The notes below the pieces were generated by a model that saw nothing but the letters and a program-made list of their open reading frames with translations, was not told the DNA's origin and ran no database searches. 64,000 nucleotides of DNA from a virus (taxonomy: Duplodnaviria > Caudoviricetes): positions 64,001-128,000 of the IMG/VR virus record IMGVR_UViG_3300028533_000484. One strand, 5' to 3'. Shown here in pieces: positions 19,550 to 29,402 of this stretch. The stretch's first letter is position 1. Every line of letters starts with the position of its first letter. A program made the translations under genes and the position numbers.

Positions 19550-21877
19550 ATGAAGCGTTTTGACCAACAGGGAATCCTAGAAAGACAAATTAATGTATTA
19601 AAATCCAAAAACAATTGGTCCAATTTACAAGCGGACGGTGCTACGTATCAACTGTTAGAAGCTTTCGTAGAGCCTATTGCGGAAGTAGCTAGATATGGTG
19701 AATATCTTTTACAAGAGTTAAAATGGGACACATCTAGAAACTTTAGCTCTACAAAACATATGGCCAGATTGGTTGGAAAGAAACTTGAAAGAAAGCATTC
19801 AGCAACAGGTTCTATTATTGTCAGTCATTCTGATGTAGATGGAATTGCTAGATATTCTTTTCTAGGTATTGACAATTTTAATATCGATTCGGAAAGTAAT
19901 TACGATAATTTAACACTAGATTCAGAGTTAACAGAAACTTGTTATACTCACTCTTTGGTGCCTTGGACAAGTACTAGTAGTTATGTAGTTAAAAAAGGCT
20001 CAACTTTTGTTACAAAAGATGGTAGAAACTTTATTTGTGCTGAAAGTAAAAGTATTCAACCTTGTACAGTTGACTGGGATACAGTTCGTAGCAGTGCTTC
20101 AAGTCTTTTAGCTTTTAAGGCTACTGATGGTTGGAACAATTACAAGTATCTTACTGTACCTGTTGTACAAGGTTTTCAGAAAAAAGTAAACTTAGGTATT
20201 TCAAATGGTAGAGCTAGTCAATCTTTTATTGTTGCTACATTGGATATTGAAGCTGCAGATAACTTGTATACAAAACAATTTTGTTATATTGAGGTAACGG
20301 ATGCAGCTGGTAAAACAGAAACCTGGACAGAGATTCAACACTTACAGTTAGCAACTGCTACAGATAAAGTGTTTGAAATAGACATTTTGGACGATTTATC
20401 TGGTACAGTTGTCAAATTTGGTGACTCTTGTAGCGGTGCTATTCCACCAGAGAATTCTAAAATTGTTTTCCATTATTTGGAAACATTAGGGGCAGAAGGT
20501 AATGTTACCGATTTGTATGCTTTCCAAAACGAGATTGATGGTGTTGAAATGCCAAAAGATAGCAACTACAGAAACTTGACAGTTGGTTGTCAAAACATGT
20601 GGCCAATTATTGGCGGTAAAGATCTCGAAACATTATCAGAATATAAAGCAAATGCAGAAATTGCCTATGCTAAGAATTATGAAATTCTTCATACATATCC
20701 AGAGTTAGAAGCAGCTATTAATAGTATTTCTCCAATTCCTTTGATTAAGGTAAAAACAAGTACATTCTACGAAACTGAAACAATTAATTCGACAAAAGTT
20801 GTTTTACCGAAAATTGGACTTACAGGTTTATCTACTGGTGTTAAGCCTTTAAACTCTACTGAAGCTCTTCTTTTTGAGAGTATTCTTAACTCTAAACTAA
20901 ACTCAAAAGTTTTGTCAAATAAGTTTATTCGTTACTTAGCACCAGCTATTATTGAAATAAACTCTTCAATTCAGATCGAGCCAAGTACATCAATTGCTTC
21001 TAAAGAGGAATTCAAGGAAGAAATTGAGACATACTTAAATACACACTACGGTAAAACAAATATTAATCCAATTGACTGCTATAAGCAAGCTGATTTGTTA
21101 AGAGGTGCCCTTACATGTTCAAGCAACATTGGGTCTATATTGTCCACAAGTATGCTTACAATTTCAACTTCAGATGTAGTTTACGGTATTTTCGGTAACT
21201 CAATGGAGAAGTACTTCTTATTTACATTCACATTTCCAACCTTATCTACAGATACTTCTAGTGTAGAAGGTTTCTGTGATAGATCTTTGGCAGATGGTAA
21301 CGAAACACCATATGTATTTAATATTAATATAAATGGTAATTCGCATACATACGTTGTTCGAGAAACAAAGTCAGAAGAATCTGAAAAACTTCTTTTTGAA
21401 CAGGATGATTATTTTTCAGACTTAAATGCAGTGTATCTTTACAAAAACCTGAATACAGAGAACTCTAGATATGTTTTGAAACACTTAAGATTACCAAAAT
21501 ATACATTCTCGAAAAAAGATTTACAGAGCTTCCAAAGTTTAGCTACAGATGTAAACGAACCTTTTGCAACAGCAGATGATTTCAAAGGTATCTATTTTTA
21601 TGTAAAAAGATCAAAAGATTCTCCTACATTCTATTTAGCATTAAGTGCCCAGGAAGTTGCAAAATGTTTAGGATTTAAGACAGAAGTATCCGACGATAAC
21701 ATTTCTAGTATTTACAACAACCTTTTAGGTTCTATAGATAATGATTCCACAAAAATCACTGTTGCATTTGAACCTGCGGATAAGACAGTTGCAGGACCTT
21801 GGAATACAGTAATCTATTACGATCACATCGATGTTGACATAGAGAATACACTTAATACCTCAATTGCAAGTTCTTAA
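19550..21877 (+). CDS. baseplate wedge protein (T4 gp6-like)
   Basis: VPVVQG, VKFGD..GAIP...YLETLGAEGN, GGKDLET motifs. Confidence 0.75.
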   Translation: MKRFDQQGILERQINVLKSKNNWSNLQADGATYQLLEAFVEPIAEVARYGEYLLQELKWDTSRNFSSTKHMARLVGKKLERKHSATGSIIVSHSDVDGIARYSFLGIDNFNIDSESNYDNLTLDSELTETCYTHSLVPWTSTSSYVVKKGSTFVTKDGRNFICAESKSIQPCTVDWDTVRSSASSLLAFKATDGWNNYKYLTVPVVQGFQKKVNLGISNGRASQSFIVATLDIEAADNLYTKQFCYIEVTDAAGKTETWTEIQHLQLATATDKVFEIDILDDLSGTVVKFGDSCSGAIPPENSKIVFHYLETLGAEGNVTDLYAFQNEIDGVEMPKDSNYRNLTVGCQNMWPIIGGKDLETLSEYKANAEIAYAKNYEILHTYPELEAAINSISPIPLIKVKTSTFYETETINSTKVVLPKIGLTGLSTGVKPLNSTEALLFESILNSKLNSKVLSNKFIRYLAPAIIEINSSIQIEPSTSIASKEEFKEEIETYLNTHYGKTNINPIDCYKQADLLRGALTCSSNIGSILSTSMLTISTSDVVYGIFGNSMEKYFLFTFTFPTLSTDTSSVEGFCDRSLADGNETPYVFNININGNSHTYVVRETKSEESEKLLFEQDDYFSDLNAVYLYKNLNTENSRYVLKHLRLPKYTFSKKDLQSFQSLATDVNEPFATADDFKGIYFYVKRSKDSPTFYLALSAQEVAKCLGFKTEVSDDNISSIYNNLLGSIDNDSTKITVAFEPADKTVAGPWNTVIYYDHIDVDIENTLNTSIASS

Positions 21878-21898
21878 TTGAAGCGATTGCACAAAAAG

Positions 21899-21929
21899 AA
21901 AGCTGTTGATTTTTTTTCAACAGCTTTTA
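21899..21929. terminator. bidirectional intrinsic terminator
   Basis: AAAAGCTGTTGA...TCAACAGCTTTT between convergent genes. Confidence 0.8.
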
Positions 21930-21949
21930 TTTTTTTACTTCGTTAAATC

Positions 21950-23998
21950 TTAACTTTGAATTCTTTTCTTTCCTTTCCTTTTAGGTCTATTACTTAAGAA
22001 TGTACCCATTTCCTCATTAAACTTGTCTGCATAGCCTGAACTAAAATGATTTACACTTCTTCTCATTTTTAAAGTACCAACAGCTTCTGTTAGATAATAT
22101 TTAAGATCTACTGAACGTTTTGCAACGTTATATCTTTCCTGAATCAGTGTTTTCTTTGCGCGTTTTACACTCTCTCCAAGCTCTTCTTCATCTTCTGTAT
22201 CTTCACTATCTATTGGTTCACCAAAGTCTGCATCAAGTTCCTCGTCAGAAGCTTTTGAAGTTGCTTCACCTTCTTCTTCTAATGTATGCTCGTAACTTTC
22301 TAAATCTGTAACTGAGAAATCTGCATACTTTGTTAATATATCCTTTTTAACAGTTTTTGGTAAAGCTTCTTTACCATCTAAACCGAGTAATAGTGCAACT
22401 GTATCCATAATAGTGTCTGCAAGCTCAAGTTTAGAGCTTGTATCTTCTGTAGCTACAGGATTAATTACATTCATTGAAAGTGTAAAAGCTGGTGTACTTA
22501 CACCTCTAATAGAATCGTGAAGCCTAATTGTATCTTCAATTTCAGCACTAATGATTCCTCTAACGTTTTCAATTAAAGTTCTAAAAGGTTTAAATAAAGT
22601 AGAAAGAGCTACACCAGACATTTGAAAACCTTCGGTAGTAGGATCGATATATGACATTGGAATACCGGTTGCTGTAGTTAATCTAGAGTTAAAGAACTTC
22701 ATTTTATCCGTAGCACCAGAATCGTTTGATCTATCAGCTTGTACTGTTTCTATTGAAACCAAATCATCGGATGTCCAAATATTTGTTGCTAAACTAGGAC
22801 CTTCAATACCAGCAGCTCCAGAAACCAATCCTACATTTTCATATCTTTCTTTTACTGTATTTACAATATCGAAAGCACGACCTACAGTAGCACCATTTGT
22901 TTTTACTTTGTAAAGATGCATTGGCATGCCTAAAAGCTTTTCAAGATCATCCAAACCCATAACTCTTTGTAACTGTTTATAAGCAGATAAACAAGCTATT
23001 AAAGGTGGTTGACCGTATGGCCAGAATTCTGAAACATTTGCATTAAATCTAAAATGTGAAACTTGCCAAGGAGCAACTAGCTGATCCCCATAAATTCTAT
23101 AACCTAGTAGATGTGGTGTGAAATATTCTACACTAGAAACCTCGGCAATGTTTTCGATGTAGTTCTTTAGTAATTCATCTCTAGATGTATATGTTACCTG
23201 TCTATTTCCAACATTAAAATCAAGATTATTTCTTCCAAAACCTCCATTAGTTGGTGTAGCTAAGTTAACTGTAAAACCTGTACTGCCGGACTTACCGTTT
23301 CCTGCTCGCATTTGTGTACAAAATTCAGCCACTTTGGAAGGTTTAAATTCTAATCTTTCTAGAATCTCATTTACACTAACATTGTTTAATCCAACAACAC
23401 CTGCAGATGTAACTTCTTTACCTAAGAATGCCTCGCCGTATAAAAAGAGATTCCAAGCAAGAGAGTAGATTCTAGATTGATCTAAATTCCAAACATCTTT
23501 GAGTAAGAAGTTTATCTCATCTTGCCAATTTTTATCTTCACTTATAACACTGAAAGCAGTATCTTCCGATAAAGATGCAACTTCAGAAGCAACAAGCGTA
23601 ACAGCCGATTTAACAATACCTTCATTGTCACACATATATGTAAAGGCATTTAATCTTTCTTGTCTTTCAGTGATGTTAGCGTAAGTGTTTTGAGTGTCCT
23701 CAACCCATTCATCAAACAAATCCTGAACTGTTGCAGATAGTTTATTGTTACTAATAAGTTTTCCAATTAAATCCAACTCTTCTTTTTCATTTTTGTTTAA
23801 AAGTTGATTTGATGTAGGTTTTTGAATGATTTTGTATGTTGAGTTTTTCCTGTTTTTTCTACTCTTATCTTCAGTGGATCTAACTACTGCAAAGCCAAAA
23901 CGAGCAGCCATTCTTTGAAAGAAGTTTGTTCTTGTAGCTGTTTTAATATCTTGGGCTTTTTCAGCGTTATTGTCCATATTATCTTTTAAGTCTGCCAT
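21950..23998 (-). CDS. portal protein (T4 gp20-like)
   Basis: LYGEAF, WQVSHFR, WPYGQP..AYKQL, GIPMSYI motifs; acidic C-terminal region. Confidence 0.75.
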   Translation of the reverse strand: MADLKDNMDNNAEKAQDIKTATRTNFFQRMAARFGFAVVRSTEDKSRKNRKNSTYKIIQKPTSNQLLNKNEKEELDLIGKLISNNKLSATVQDLFDEWVEDTQNTYANITERQERLNAFTYMCDNEGIVKSAVTLVASEVASLSEDTAFSVISEDKNWQDEINFLLKDVWNLDQSRIYSLAWNLFLYGEAFLGKEVTSAGVVGLNNVSVNEILERLEFKPSKVAEFCTQMRAGNGKSGSTGFTVNLATPTNGGFGRNNLDFNVGNRQVTYTSRDELLKNYIENIAEVSSVEYFTPHLLGYRIYGDQLVAPWQVSHFRFNANVSEFWPYGQPPLIACLSAYKQLQRVMGLDDLEKLLGMPMHLYKVKTNGATVGRAFDIVNTVKERYENVGLVSGAAGIEGPSLATNIWTSDDLVSIETVQADRSNDSGATDKMKFFNSRLTTATGIPMSYIDPTTEGFQMSGVALSTLFKPFRTLIENVRGIISAEIEDTIRLHDSIRGVSTPAFTLSMNVINPVATEDTSSKLELADTIMDTVALLLGLDGKEALPKTVKKDILTKYADFSVTDLESYEHTLEEEGEATSKASDEELDADFGEPIDSEDTEDEEELGESVKRAKKTLIQERYNVAKRSVDLKYYLTEAVGTLKMRRSVNHFSSGYADKFNEEMGTFLSNRPKRKGKKRIQS

Positions 23999-24010
23999 AC
24001 TTTAAGTTAG

Positions 24011-24244
24011 TTATTTACCTGTAAAATGCTTAGAATGCTTATCATTGATGCGATTACCTACAGTGTTATATAAAGCTTCATCCCCTAGAAATCGGGCTTC
24101 TTCACTTGTCATTACATCTGCAGTAATGTTGTCAGAACTTCTTTGCATTTCACTGTTACAGTTTTTGCACAGAACGGTTTTGGTTTGCACATTAGAAAAA
24201 TAACGTTTTCCTTCACATTTTGTGCAATGATAGATAATTAACAA
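24011..24244 (-). CDS. small zinc-ribbon protein
   Basis: YHCTKC...CKNC; AGGAGG RBS, TTG start. Confidence 0.7.
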   Translation of the reverse strand: MLIIYHCTKCEGKRYFSNVQTKTVLCKNCNSEMQRSSDNITADVMTSEEARFLGDEALYNTVGNRINDKHSKHFTGK

Positions 24245-24268
24245 TCTGTTGCCTCCTAGAAAATATCC

Positions 24269-26029
24269 TTAAACATTGAAGATCTCTTGCAATCTTTTAT
24301 ATACATCTCCTTTTACAGATTCTGACACTGAGTCCTTATCGGAATCTTCAGTATTGCTTTCTTCATCATCACTTTCTTCATCCGATTCTTCATCGTCGTT
24401 TTCTTCACCTGATTCTGTAGCTTCCTGATCTTCAGCATCTTTTTCTTTATCTGTTTTTTCAGCTTCTTGATCCTCAATATCTTTGTCATCTGGATCAACA
24501 GGATCGATACCAAAATCAAAATCAGTTAAAAGCTCTTTTAATGATTTTGCATCCTTACTTAAGTCTGTACCAGCCTCATTGATTAATAGTTCCATTTCGA
24601 TATCCGTATATGATGCACCTTTTTTATCCTTCTTTTTAGGATCAATATCTACTACTTTACCTACAGAAGCTGCAGATTTACCGCCTGCATACTGCATACC
24701 AGTAAACATGCTTGAGCTAACTTTGTTATCACCTTTTTCAGTAGACCTATTAAGAACACTACCTACAGCATTACCAACTGCTGTAAGTTTAGCTTTTTTT
24801 GCAGCACCATAAACTTTAGCAAGATTCCTTTGTAAAGTTGTTAAATCTTTTAAAGCTTTTGTATCCACGTTACCTTTAATTACATCGAAAACAGCTTCTT
24901 CCCAAGTCTTACCGAGATCTGTAAGAGCCTCAAAATCAGATCTTGAAAAGTAATTATGGTAAAGAGCTAAAAGATTTTTTACAGCAGTTTGATTTTTAAT
25001 AGTATCGTAATACTGCTCTACTCGAGGTTTAACGCTTTTATTTTTCCTATCCTTTGTAACCATCTTAATTTGATTAAGAATAATTTTTTCAATCTTTTTA
25101 GCATCTTCTAGAGTATTATCTTCAATAATATCTTTACCTAAATCGACCTCTTCTGCAGCCAAAATTTGTGGAAAGTTGTTGTCTTTGATACCTTGTTTAG
25201 CAGTGCTAGTCAAGTAGGCAACTTCAGCTAACTCAACAGAGTTAATTAACTTTGCAAAATCTGAATTACCACTAACAGCTACATATGCATACGTATCCCC
25301 ATATTTTTTCTTTATTTCTTCACTAAAAACTTTAATAGAAGCCCAAGCATAGCTTGGTTGTACTTGATTATCTATGTAAGGAATAGTTACAGCCACTTTC
25401 ATAGGTACTTTTTTACCGTTTTCATTTGACTGTTTGTATAGACCTCTAACATTTTCAATATTTTCTACAGCTTTTTGAAAAAGTTGAAAACCTTTAACAG
25501 AGACTGGACACGTTACACTAATAACAGCTAGATTTACCTTTGGTTTACTGTTACTTTCAGGTGCTTTTGTAGCTTGTTGAGCTTTTAAGTCTTCAGAATT
25601 CTGAGGAATCTCAGTATCAGATTCATATAAAATATATCCTGTAGTTTCCGCATAATCTTCGTTTAATCTTTTTCCAGCAAGATGCACTTCTTCTTTTTTC
25701 TGTTCTAAAGAAATCTTATCGGATTCACCATATGTATTTACTATCTTAAACTGCTGACAATCAGGTTTAACTTTTATCCAACCTTCATCTTGATTCAGTT
25801 CTAGAATTCTAAAGTCATCTTCATATTCATAAACATTTGTTGGAGTAAACATGTTCTGAATATCTTCAGAATCAATTCTGAATTTTTCAGGTACATACAA
25901 CGAGTTGAAGTGAAGCTTAAAAACTACATCTCCATTGTCGTCAAAATAATATGTAATCTTTGCAGGATCTTCTAAACAACATCTGTTTTGAACCTTTCTA
26001 ACAATTTTAACTAAGTCTTTCTTCTTCAT
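24269..26029 (-). CDS. hypothetical protein with acidic C-terminus, probable head-associated
   Basis: 586-aa ORF in portal operon. Confidence 0.7.
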   Translation of the reverse strand: MKKKDLVKIVRKVQNRCCLEDPAKITYYFDDNGDVVFKLHFNSLYVPEKFRIDSEDIQNMFTPTNVYEYEDDFRILELNQDEGWIKVKPDCQQFKIVNTYGESDKISLEQKKEEVHLAGKRLNEDYAETTGYILYESDTEIPQNSEDLKAQQATKAPESNSKPKVNLAVISVTCPVSVKGFQLFQKAVENIENVRGLYKQSNENGKKVPMKVAVTIPYIDNQVQPSYAWASIKVFSEEIKKKYGDTYAYVAVSGNSDFAKLINSVELAEVAYLTSTAKQGIKDNNFPQILAAEEVDLGKDIIEDNTLEDAKKIEKIILNQIKMVTKDRKNKSVKPRVEQYYDTIKNQTAVKNLLALYHNYFSRSDFEALTDLGKTWEEAVFDVIKGNVDTKALKDLTTLQRNLAKVYGAAKKAKLTAVGNAVGSVLNRSTEKGDNKVSSSMFTGMQYAGGKSAASVGKVVDIDPKKKDKKGASYTDIEMELLINEAGTDLSKDAKSLKELLTDFDFGIDPVDPDDKDIEDQEAEKTDKEKDAEDQEATESGEENDDEESDEESDDEESNTEDSDKDSVSESVKGDVYKRLQEIFNV

Positions 26030-26042
26030 ACAAATAAACCTA

Positions 26043-26411
26043 CTAATCTACAGGACTCTGTGCAGCCTCACCGAATAGATCGGATCTTTCTAAAGGAATT
26101 TGTGCTAAGGCATCGTCCATATTATAAGCTTCGTTTAATCTAGTCTGAGCTGGATGCGCAATTGCTGCAAACTCATTGTCAATATCCTCATCTAAGATAT
26201 CTATAATTGGTTTTTCTGAAGCTGCTTTTGTTGCTTCTTTTCCTGATCTAAGAGCTTGTAACTCTCTATACTGAGCAGTACGTACTTCATCTACAACTTC
26301 CTCTTCTGTAGGTACCAGTTTCATAAGATTTTTCAAAAAAGTCTTTACGGTTTGTTCAGCAACTTCTGCTGCAATTTCTACAGCTTCATCATATGTTATG
26401 TATTGTTCCAT
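26043..26411 (-). CDS. hypothetical protein
   Basis: GAGG RBS. Confidence 0.7.
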   Translation of the reverse strand: MEQYITYDEAVEIAAEVAEQTVKTFLKNLMKLVPTEEEVVDEVRTAQYRELQALRSGKEATKAASEKPIIDILDEDIDNEFAAIAHPAQTRLNEAYNMDDALAQIPLERSDLFGEAAQSPVD

Positions 26412-26443
26412 TTTTTTAACCTCTACTATCTACAGAATATAGT

Positions 26444-27448
26444 TTAGATTTTACTTACAAGTTCTTTAAGCTCTTCATCTGGATACTGTTGCAATACCCA
26501 CTTACCTATTCTTGAAGCTAAATCTTCCAAACCACCTGTTGTCTCGCTCTGAGTAACTAAGTGCTGTAAATCACTATTTTCATGATTTACATCCTCATTT
26601 TCGTTTTGATTGTTAATTAAAAGTTGTTCTGTAATCTCTGTGATTAATTCATCTCTCTTCTTTGTATCAATAGTACCAGGAGAGTTTTCTATAAAGTTGT
26701 TAACCCAATCCTTGATATGTCTATTCAAGTCTTTATTATTGAATGTATTAGGATATCTATCCTTTACACCTTTCAAAGCACTGTTTATAGCTGTACCGTT
26801 TCTGCAGGCAGAATATATAGCATCTACAATACGACTATGCAATCGAACAATTGGATTTTCATTAGTTTGTGCATCTAACATGTTGCTCACAACTTTTTTC
26901 TCTGGCTCAGTATTAATTTTATTTGCTACATTTGTAAAGTAATCCTCTACAGTCATATCCGAAGGAGATGAAAGTCCACTCATTCCTAGCAATGTTTCAT
27001 GAAAATGAAATGTGTCTTCTAGAAAGTTTACTGCAAGTTCATTAGCTTCGAAAGCAGAAGCTTTACCTCCAAATAAATGTTTGAAATACTGGAAGAAATC
27101 TTTATTTGAATTCTCTCTAATGTGACCAATAAGCTCTTGAATATATCTTTTACCTTTTTCAGGTGATTTTATCACATCGTCATTAGGAAAAAAAGTTTTC
27201 TCTAAACATTTAGAATAATAAAAAAGAAATGAGGCTTGTAGTTTAGGAATAAAATTAGGACACTCTAATTGTAATCTGTATCTAAGTTTTTTCCAATTCT
27301 CATCTTGCGAATCTAACATCTGTAAAAAGGAATATATAGAACTTGTTACTTCTTGTAATTCAGGAACTGTAGCTGCATTAACATTGTTAAGAGCTGCATG
27401 AAGTTTTCCCAAATCCTGAATATATGTAAAATTTAACCTACTGCTCAC
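26444..27448 (-). CDS. hypothetical protein
   Basis: 334-aa ORF, AGGAG RBS, GTG start. Confidence 0.75.
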   Translation of the reverse strand: MSSRLNFTYIQDLGKLHAALNNVNAATVPELQEVTSSIYSFLQMLDSQDENWKKLRYRLQLECPNFIPKLQASFLFYYSKCLEKTFFPNDDVIKSPEKGKRYIQELIGHIRENSNKDFFQYFKHLFGGKASAFEANELAVNFLEDTFHFHETLLGMSGLSSPSDMTVEDYFTNVANKINTEPEKKVVSNMLDAQTNENPIVRLHSRIVDAIYSACRNGTAINSALKGVKDRYPNTFNNKDLNRHIKDWVNNFIENSPGTIDTKKRDELITEITEQLLINNQNENEDVNHENSDLQHLVTQSETTGGLEDLASRIGKWVLQQYPDEELKELVSKI

Positions 27449-27451
27449 TTA

Positions 27452-27898
27452 TTACTCCTTTTCAGATTTTGTTGCAACCAATGCTTCTAGAGAAGCTGCT
27501 CTCAACTTTCCTAAAAAGTCTTTTAAGCACAATCCAACATCTGCAGGTGACTGAGCTTTTTTCATTCTTGAAAAGATTTCAGGTAAACCTTTTACTTCTA
27601 CGAAAGGATTGGCCTTACTTACAGTTTTAGATGTAGTTTTAGTTTCAGTAGATATCTCATCACTTTTTTCAACGGAATCGTCTTCAGTTGAATCTTCATC
27701 CTCAGCTACATCATCTTCTTCATCTACCTCTTCGTCAGATGCTTCAGTATCCTCTTCATCATCCTTTTCATCATCCGGTTCAGCACCAGCCTCTTTCAAA
27801 TTAAGATTATCTGAATCTTTATAATCATCAAGATTCAACATATAATCTTCTTTAAGATTTAAAAGATTTTTTATAGCAGTGTCTTTTGATTTTTTCAT
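27452..27898 (-). CDS. acidic hypothetical protein, scaffold/core-like
   Basis: D/E-rich with LKE motifs. Confidence 0.7.
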   Translation of the reverse strand: MKKSKDTAIKNLLNLKEDYMLNLDDYKDSDNLNLKEAGAEPDDEKDDEEDTEASDEEVDEEDDVAEDEDSTEDDSVEKSDEISTETKTTSKTVSKANPFVEVKGLPEIFSRMKKAQSPADVGLCLKDFLGKLRAASLEALVATKSEKE

Positions 27899-27917
27899 AT
27901 TGTTTTCCTCGCTTTAA

Positions 27918-28244
27918 TTAGTTTTTTGTTAAAAAAGTTTCAATTCTGCGGATTCTTTCAGACTGAGAACTTAAGTTTTTTTGAAATCTTTCTATAGATT
28001 CTCGAGTTAATTTCTTTGAAGTACGTTTCATGTTTTTCATTTCAAGAAGAGGATTTTTTACTTCATATTGATCTTCAACATCCTCATTTAATTTTTTCTG
28101 TCTTTTATTAAAATACTTGTTAAAATCTGCATCGAAGTTTTCTTGGAGATCTTGAAGCTCAAGCTCGTAATCTCTAGCTTGCATGTAATCAAAATCATCA
28201 AAATTAACAGTATCATTGTATGACATATCTAATAAATTATTCAT
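27918..28244 (-). CDS. hypothetical protein
   Basis: ACTAAA motif upstream; LNE/LLE motifs. Confidence 0.7.
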   Translation of the reverse strand: MNNLLDMSYNDTVNFDDFDYMQARDYELELQDLQENFDADFNKYFNKRQKKLNEDVEDQYEVKNPLLEMKNMKRTSKKLTRESIERFQKNLSSQSERIRRIETFLTKN

Positions 28245-28288
28245 ATATATATGATTTAGTTCTTACAAACAGAAAAAAGAACTTTTTT

Positions 28289-28317
28289 GAAATATTTATA
28301 TAGTTATAAACTATAAT
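28289..28317 (+). promoter_or_regulatory. GAAA-N18-CTATAAT promoter of the tRNA region
   Basis: Same motif and spacing as at least 10 other intergenic sites. Confidence 0.65.
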
Positions 28318-28357
28318 ATTACTGAAGCAAATATTAAATTAAAGTTTCTTTAACAAC

Positions 28358-28429
28358 GCATCTATAGCTTAATGGATAAAGCTTCTACCTCCTAAGTAGA
28401 GGATGCAGGTTCGATTCCTACTAGGTGCT
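28358..28429 (+). tRNA. tRNA-Arg(CCT)
   Basis: Cloverleaf; TCTAC-CTCCTAA-GTAGA. Confidence 0.9.
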
Positions 28430-28530
28430 AAAGGTTGGCAGTCAAACCTTTAAGACTCCATTTTTTCTTCTGGAAATATTTTGATTTATTTTCAGAAGAA
28501 AATTAAACTTATAACAAGTGAGGTACAGAA

Positions 28531-28692
28531 TTGGAAAGATTGGAAAGAATTGTAGATTGGCTTTTCGATACACATGATAAGGTTTTGTTTGTTGAAGATA
28601 TTAGTGGTTTTGGAGCTCTATTTCTTTTTGGAACTATGATTTTTGTTGCTGTGTTGTGTTGCAGCAAAAAGCTCAGAAGCAAGTTCTTTTAG
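28531..28692 (+). CDS. small membrane protein (53 aa, not in ORF track)
   Basis: GAGGT RBS, TTG start, hydrophobic segment. Confidence 0.5.
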   Translation: MERLERIVDWLFDTHDKVLFVEDISGFGALFLFGTMIFVAVLCCSKKLRSKFF

Positions 28693-28750
28693 GTGAATTT
28701 TTCAGATTGCACTAACTATATTACAAGCATAAATTGAAGGAGTAGATATC

Positions 28751-28861
28751 ATGACAAAGACATTTGTAACATCTAATAACATGACAAGTTCTTATCAATG
28801 CTGTGATACTATCCAATATTCATATTGTTCGTCAATCTATTTTAGAGGTGACAACAGTTGA
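28751..28861 (+). CDS. leader peptide 1 (36 aa) MTKTFVTSNNMTSSYQCCDTIQYSYCSSIYFRGDNS
   Basis: Promoter motif 28695-28722, GAAGGAG RBS, stop overlaps antiterminator arm. Confidence 0.75.
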   Translation: MTKTFVTSNNMTSSYQCCDTIQYSYCSSIYFRGDNS

Positions 28862-28923
28862 CCTTGTGCAAATAAAAAATGTTTGAAGAGTTGCACAGGG
28901 TTCCTAGAAATAGGAACTTTTTT
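28860..28923 (+). promoter_or_regulatory. attenuator 1: antiterminator (28860-28871/28891-28902) competing with terminator (28897-28923)
   Basis: GACCTTGTGCAA pairs TTGCACAGGGTT; AGGGTTCCTA-GAAA-TAGGAACTTT-TTT. Confidence 0.75.
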
Positions 28924-28940
28924 ATTCTTCAAACAAGTTT

Positions 28941-29021
28941 GGGTCAGTCGAGCAATTGGTTGCTCAGCGGACTGTAAATCCGTGGCCTATGGCATTGGGG
29001 GTTCGAATCCCTCCTGGCCCA
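28941..29021 (+). tRNA. tRNA-Tyr(GTA)
   Basis: Cloverleaf with variable arm; GCGGA-CTGTAAA-TCCGT. Confidence 0.92.
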
Positions 29022-29116
29022 ATATCACATTAAATCAACCAGTTTGTGAAAAGAGTTAATTTTTTTAACTATAATTAAATTATTAGCACTAATTAATTAA
29101 AGAAGGAGAAAAGATT

Positions 29117-29260
29117 ATGAAAAATTTTGTAACAAAACATTCGAACATAATTACAAAACAGATGTGTCAATCTGCTCTCCATACACTTTGCAATATTTTT
29201 GCTGACTCTGATTTTCAAACTAATGGGAAAGTGAAATGCGAAGGAGACTTCAAGTCTTGA
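29117..29260 (+). CDS. leader peptide 2 (47 aa) MKNFVTKHSNIITKQMCQSALHTLCNIFADSDFQTNGKVKCEGDFKS
   Basis: Promoter motif 29048-29075, GAAGGAG RBS, last codons and stop form antiterminator arm. Confidence 0.75.
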   Translation: MKNFVTKHSNIITKQMCQSALHTLCNIFADSDFQTNGKVKCEGDFKS

Positions 29261-29321
29261 GATAATTAATAATTTAGTTATTTACAAGGCTTGAATCGAA
29301 AAGGTTCAAGCCTTTTATTTT
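29249..29321 (+). promoter_or_regulatory. attenuator 2: antiterminator (29249-29295) competing with terminator (29286-29321)
   Basis: TTCAAGTCTTG pairs CAAGGCTTGAA; AAGGCTTGAATC-GAAAA-GGTTCAAGCCTT-TTATTTT. Confidence 0.8.
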
Positions 29322-29325
29322 GCTT

Positions 29326-29398
29326 AGGATGTTAGTACACCGGTTTAGTATTTTAGTCTGATAAACTAAAGAAAGAAGTTCAACTCTTCTACATCCTA
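29326..29398 (+). tRNA. tRNA-Ile(GAT)
   Basis: AGGATGT/ACATCCT acceptor; TTAGT-CTGATAA-ACTAA. Confidence 0.85.
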
Positions 29399-29402
29399 TA
29401 TA

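Noticed and set aside
12268-27824. Short ORFs nested in or antisense to long genes (e.g. 12268, 15391, 18082, 24483, 27609; similarly 53762, 63552)
   Set aside because: Shadow frames of well-supported genes
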